Position numbers and translations under genes: made by a program | Source: Macrostomum lignano | Lineage: Eukaryota | Assembly (NCBI GenBank): GCA_002269645.1 | Contig: NIVC01000392.1 | Location: forward strand, 496,001 to 560,000 | Reading direction: 5' to 3' | DNA length: 64,000 nucleotides | Shown here: in pieces, positions 58,601 to 64,000 of the stretch | Layout: each line of letters starts with the position of its first letter | Position numbering within the stretch: the stretch's first letter is position 1 | Notes under the pieces: model-generated | Databases searched by the model: none | What the model was told of the DNA's origin: nothing | Seen by the model: the letters and a program-made list of their open reading frames with translations, nothing else

Positions 58601-61600
58601 TCTCTTCTCTTCTCTCTTTTTTATCCTCTCCGTTCTCTCTTCTCTCCTCTCCTTTCTCCTTTCATCTTCTCCCCTCTCTTCTCTCCTCTCCTTGCTCCTT
58701 TCATCTTCTCCCCTCTCTTCTCTCCTCTCCTTGCTCCTTTCATCTTCTCCCCTCTCTTCTCTAATCTCTAATCTCTTCTCTGTTATGTCCTCACTCATCT
58801 CTTCTCATCGCATCTCTCATCCCTCCTCTCCTCCCTACTTTCCTCTCTTAACTCTCTCACCTCTGATCTTTCATCTCTCTCCTCTCTCCTCTCTCTCTTC
58901 TCCTCTCGCTTCTCTCTCCTCTCTCTCCTCTCATCTCTACTACCTTATTTATATCTTCTCCCTGATCTTTCGTCTCTACTCTCTCCTGTCTCCTTCCTCT
59001 CCTCTTTTCTCCTCTCTTCTCTCTCCCCTCCTCTCTCATCTCTCATCCTTCATCTCACTCTTTCTTTCTCCTCTACTTTCCCCTCTCTTCTATTTCCTCT
59101 GTACGCTCTTATCCCTCATCTATTCTCTATCCTATCATCTCTCTTGTCTCCCTCTGTTATCTCATATCTCCCCTCTCATCTCCTATCTCCTTCTCTCTTC
59201 TCCCTCCTTTGTTCCGGCCTTACTCCCCTCTTCTCTCCCATCTGTTTAGCGGAATGGGCGTTCGCGCCTTCCCGCTGTGTCCCCCGGGACAGCCCTGCAG
59301 CTAAGTCTCCCATCTGTCATGTCTAATCTCTCCACTCATTTCTACTCTGTTTTCTATCATCTCATCTCTCTTCTCTTTTCATTCTTCTCTTTACTCTCTT
59401 CTCTGACTGATTGAAGATGCCAAATTCATCAAGATCCTCTCCGCAAAGCAGTCCGTGCAACTGAAAACCATCGAAATCCTCTCCTTGAAACTTAAATCCA
59501 TTAAAATCGTCTCCATAAAACAGAAATCAATCATAAATTATCTCCGCGAAACAGAAATACTCTCCGTGAAACTGAACACCATCGAAATCCTCTCCACGAA
59601 ACAGAAATCCTCTCCGTCAAAATTAAAACATTGAAATCGTCTCCGCTAACTGGACTCAATAAATTTTTTTTTCCGTCAAACAACTTAACTCTCCGGATTC
59701 ATTGGTTAGGGTTAGGGTTAGGGTTAGGGTTAGGGTTAGAACTACACACAGCTTCGTGTTAAAAGGCACTGATAAAAATATTGAACTATTGCAATAATTG
59801 AATCAATTCATTGCGCAACCGATTTCACAGTCAGTCAGTATCAGTCTCAGTTAAAGTTATTAAAAACATTGCGCAATCTAAATCAACCCTCCAATACACA
59901 GCAGCAGTGAGAAGTTGAACCCTCCCCCCAACTTGGTCTATTACGTCTCGCAAAACTGAGTACAATTTTTGCAGAAAGTTAAAAGTATGGAAATACTTTT
60001 TCAAATGCTGTGCTTTTTCTTTTCATATTTAAAGCAAACAACTTATATCCCCGAACTCAGCGTTGCAAGATCTTTCCAGCAATATCAGTTTCTCCTATCA
60101 AAGTTTAAAACTCGAGGAACAGTTAGCGTTTAAAACTGTCTGATTTATAGCATTGAAGTATCGAGTGTACGTTGACTGCCTGCTAGCAAGTTGATGCATT
60201 GAATTTCAATGTCCAACAAATACACAGGACTGCCCATTGAAAGGCAGGAAAACTTATCAGTAGCCATATCATTGCGCAATTATCTATAAAGTCAGCCAGT
60301 GAGCCAGGGTCCAAGTGTACACACGCAGCCACTGAGAACGCTCCCACCCCCCACTGGAAAGAAAATACACTACAGAGATAGGGAAAAGTTGTGGCGCAAT
60401 CACTAAAAATTCATGCATTTTTCAGCTCCAAGCAGAAAGAGGGGACAATTAAGATTATCAAAGGTCAAGACCGCCGTTTTCTGCTTTTTTGAGGATCTTA
60501 GAAATTAAAATTTCAGAATTAAAATAGCCTATAGCCGACCTCGGATAATTTCCAATCTTCCCATATAAGTTTCAACGCTGAGTTGCCACTATTCAAGGAG
60601 GAGTTGTCGAAATGACAGACACACAGACAGACATACAGACAAACAACACGTCAACTTTAATCTAGTTGACTCATCTCTACCCCTGCTCCCTTATTTATCT
60701 CTTCTCCCTCGTCTTTCGTCTGTACCTTCTCCTGTCTTCTGTCTCCTCTCTTCACTCTTATCTCTCCCTCTTCTCTCCTCTCTCATATGTCATCTCTACT
60801 CACTTATCTATCGTCTCTCTTAACCCTCTCTCTCTCTCTTCTCTTTTCTCTTCTCTCTGCTCTCATTTCTCATATTTCATATACGCTCTGACACTACTTT
60901 CTTGTCTCCCATCTTTCTTCCTCCTTTTCACTATCCCCTGTCTCTTCTCCTCTCTCTTTTCTATTCTCTCCATTCTCTCTTTTTTCCTTTCCTTGCTCCT
61001 TTCATCTCTCTCCTCTCTCCTCACTCTCTTCTCCTTTCGCTTCTCTCTCCTCTCTCTCCTCTCATCTTTACTACCTTATTTATATCTTCTCCCTAGTCTT
61101 TCGTCTGTACTCTCTCCTGTCTCCTCTCTCCCCTCCTCTCTCATCCCTCATCTCCTCATCTCACTCTTTTTTCTCCTCTACTCTCCCCTCTCTTCTATTG
61201 CCTCTGTACGCTCTTATCCCTCATCTATTCTCTCTCCGATCATCTCCAATCTGTCATGTCTAATCTCTCCACTCAATTATACTCTGTTTTCTATCATCTC
61301 TTCTCTCTTCTCTTTTCAGTCTTCTCTTTACTCTCTTCTCTGACTGATTGAAGATGCCAAATCCATCAAGATCCTCTCCGCGAAGCAAAAATCCTGTCTG
61401 TGCAACTAAAAACCATCGAAATCCTCTCAGTGAAACTGGACTCCTTCGAAATCCTCTCCTTGAAACTTAAATCCATCAAAATTGTTTCCATAAAACAGAA
61501 ATCAATCATAAATTATCTCCGCGAAACAGAAAGCCTCTCCGTGAAGCTGAACATGATCGAAATCCTCTCCGTGAAACTGAACACCATGGAAATCCTTTCG

Positions 61601-64000
61601 TGAAACTGAACACCATCGAAATCCTCTCCACGAAACAGAAATCTTCTCCGTCAGAATTTAAACATTGAAATCGTCTCCGCTAAACTTGACTTAATCGAAT
61701 TTTTTCCGTCAAACAACTCAACTCGCCAGATTCATTAGGGCTAGGGTTAGGGTTAGGGTTAGGGTTAGGGTTAGGGTTAGAACTACGCACAGCTTCGTGT
61801 TAAAAGGCACAGATAAAAATATTGAACTAATTGAATCAATTCATTGCGCAACCGATTTCACAGTCAGTCAGTATCAGCCTCAGGTAAAGTTAACAAAAAC
61901 ATTGCGCAATCTAAATCAACCCTCCAATACACAGCAGCAGTGAGAAGTTGAACCCTCCCCCCAACAATCTTTGCAGATTAAAGTACAATCTTTGCAGAAA
62001 GTTAAAAGTATGGAAATAGTTTTTCAAATGCTGTGCTTTTTCTTTTCATATTTAAAGCAAACAACTTATATCCCCGAACTCAGCGTTGCAAGATCTTTCC
62101 AGCAATATAAGTTTCTCCTCTCAAAGTTTAAAACTCGAGGAACAGTTAGCGTTTGAAACTTTCTGATTTAAAGCATTGAAGTATCGAGTGTACGTTCACT
62201 GCCTGCTTGCAAGTTGATGCATTGAATTTCAATGTCCAACAAATACACAGGACTGCCCATTGAAAGGCAGGAAAACTTATCAGTAGCCATATCATTGCGC
62301 AATTATCTATAAAGTCAGCCAGTGAGCCAGGGTCCAAGTGTACACACGCAGCCACTGAGAACGCTCCCACCCCCCACTGGAAAGAAAATACACTACAGAG
62401 ATAGGGAAAAGTTGTGGCGCAATCACTAAAAATTCATGCATTTTTCAGCTCCAAGCAGAAAGAGGGGACAATTAAGATTATCAAAGGTCAAGACCGCCGT
62501 TTTCTGCTTTTTTGAGGATCTTAGAAATTAAAATTTCAGAATTAAAATAGCCTATAGCCGACCTCGGATAATTTCCAATCTTCCCATATAAGTTTCAACG
62601 CTGAGTTGCCACTATTCAAGGAGGAGTTGTCGAAATGACAGACACACAGACAGACATACAGACAAACAACACGTCAACTTTAGTATATACGAGTGGAACT
62701 CCTCCTTCGGAGGAGAAAGGGGAAGAACTCCCATCACCGGAATTCTATTCCCTGAAATATCCATCAACTGAAATTCCATGTCTTTAACCCTATCTTCCAA
62801 ATCGTCTCCAAATTCTTTACAAAATCTTTCAAAGACCATAGCTCAAAGACTCTCAAGTCTCTCATATCTCCTCTCTCCTCTCTTTCATCTCATCTCTACC
62901 CCTGTTCCCTTATTTATCTCTTCTCCCTCGTCTTTCGTCTGTACCTTCTCCTGTCTTCTGTCTCCTCTCTTCACTCTTATCTCTCCCTCTTCTCTCCTCT
63001 CTCATATGTCATCTCTACTCACTTATCTATCGTCTCTCTTAACCCTCTCTCTCTCTTCTCTTTTCTCTTCTTTCTTGTCTCCCATCTTTCTTCCTCCTTT
63101 TCACTATCCCCTGTCTCTTCTCTTCTCTCTTTTCTATTCTCTCCATTCTCTCTTTTCTCCTTTCCTTGCTCCTTTCATCTCTCTCCTCTCTCCTCACTCT
63201 CTTCTCCTTTCGCTTCTCTCTCCTCTCTCTCCTCTCATCTTTACTACCTTATTTATATCTTCTCCCTAGTCTTTCGTCTGTACTCTCTCCTGTCTCCTCT
63301 CTCCCCTCCTCTCTCATCCCTCATCTCCTCATCTCCTCATCTCACTCTTTCTTTCTCCTCTACTCTCCCCTCTCTTCTATTGCCTCTGTACGCTCTTATC
63401 CCTCATCTATTCTCTCTCCTATCATCTCCAATCTGTCATGTCTAATCTCTCCACTCAATTTTACTCTGTTTTCTATCATCTCTTCTCTCTTCTCTTTTCA
63501 GTCTTCTCTTTACTCTCTTCTCTGACTGATTGAAGATGCCAAATCCATCAAATCCTCTCCGCGAAGCAAAAATCCTGTCTGTGCAACTAAAAACCATCGA
63601 AATCCTCTCAGTGAAACTGGACTCCTTCGAAATCCTCTCCTTGAAACCTGAATCCATCAAAATTGTTTCCATAAAACAGAAATCAATCATAAATTATCTC
63701 AGCGAAACAGAAAGCCTCTCCGTGAAGCTGAACATGATCGAAATCCTCTCCGTGAAACTGAACACCATGGAAATCCTTTCGTGAAACTGAACATCATCGA
63801 AATCCTCTCCACGAAACAGAAATCTTCTCCGTCAGAATTTAAACATTGAAATCGTCTCCGCTAAACTTGACTTAATCGAATTTTTTCCGTCAAACAACTC
63901 AACTCGCCAGATTCATTAGGGTTAGGGTTAGGGTTAGGGTTAGAACTACGCACAGCTTCGTGTTAAAAGGCACAGATAAAAATATTGAACTAATTGAATC
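55662..64000 (-). mobile_element. Head-to-tail array of five family A Helitron-like units (55662-56825, 56826-58055, 58056-60660, 60661-62689, 62690 to the window end)
   Basis: Repeated hairpin-CTCG|T(C/A)-TATACTAAAGTTG...GTTTGTCTG junctions and shared interior modules. TTAGGG arrays at 55889, 57089, 59706, 61735 and 63916; CT-rich tracts in the last three units. Confidence 0.75.

Noticed and set aside
55889-63944. A true chromosome end
   Set aside because: The arrays are only 3-7 units long and sit at a fixed internal position in a repeated element.

Overview
Eukaryotic (metazoan) genomic DNA that is very rich in mobile elements. GT-AG introns, GC-rich exons in AT-rich spacers and TTAGGG repeats point to an invertebrate; a flatworm such as Macrostomum is only a guess. 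From left to right the window holds: the 3' end of a Ty3/Gypsy element; an exon encoding a coiled coil plus ten near-identical 57-aa repeats; a decayed Polinton/Maverick-like module (intron-containing protein-primed PolB transcribed divergently from a tandem PC4-like gene); a multi-PLAT/LH2 gene; TA-flanked MITEs; a Crypton-type recombinase exon; a Tc1 deletion derivative; a 9-exon Helitron RepHel gene; and a 5'-truncated Gypsy pol with its LTR. Much of the rest is non-autonomous Helitron-like elements. These are joined head-to-tail, including between different families, and carry interchangeable minisatellites, a CT/GA-rich tract, a tRNA-like segment and internal (TTAGGG)n arrays. The most unusual signals are: (1) this modular Helitron concatemer system with non-canonical CTCG 3' ends and telomeric modules; (2) spliceosomal introns in a Polinton-type polymerase, one splitting palm motif A; (3) a skew of premature stops toward TAG/TAA at plausible CAG/CAA sites in unrelated elements. 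All calls come from manual reading and translation; no database searches were run.
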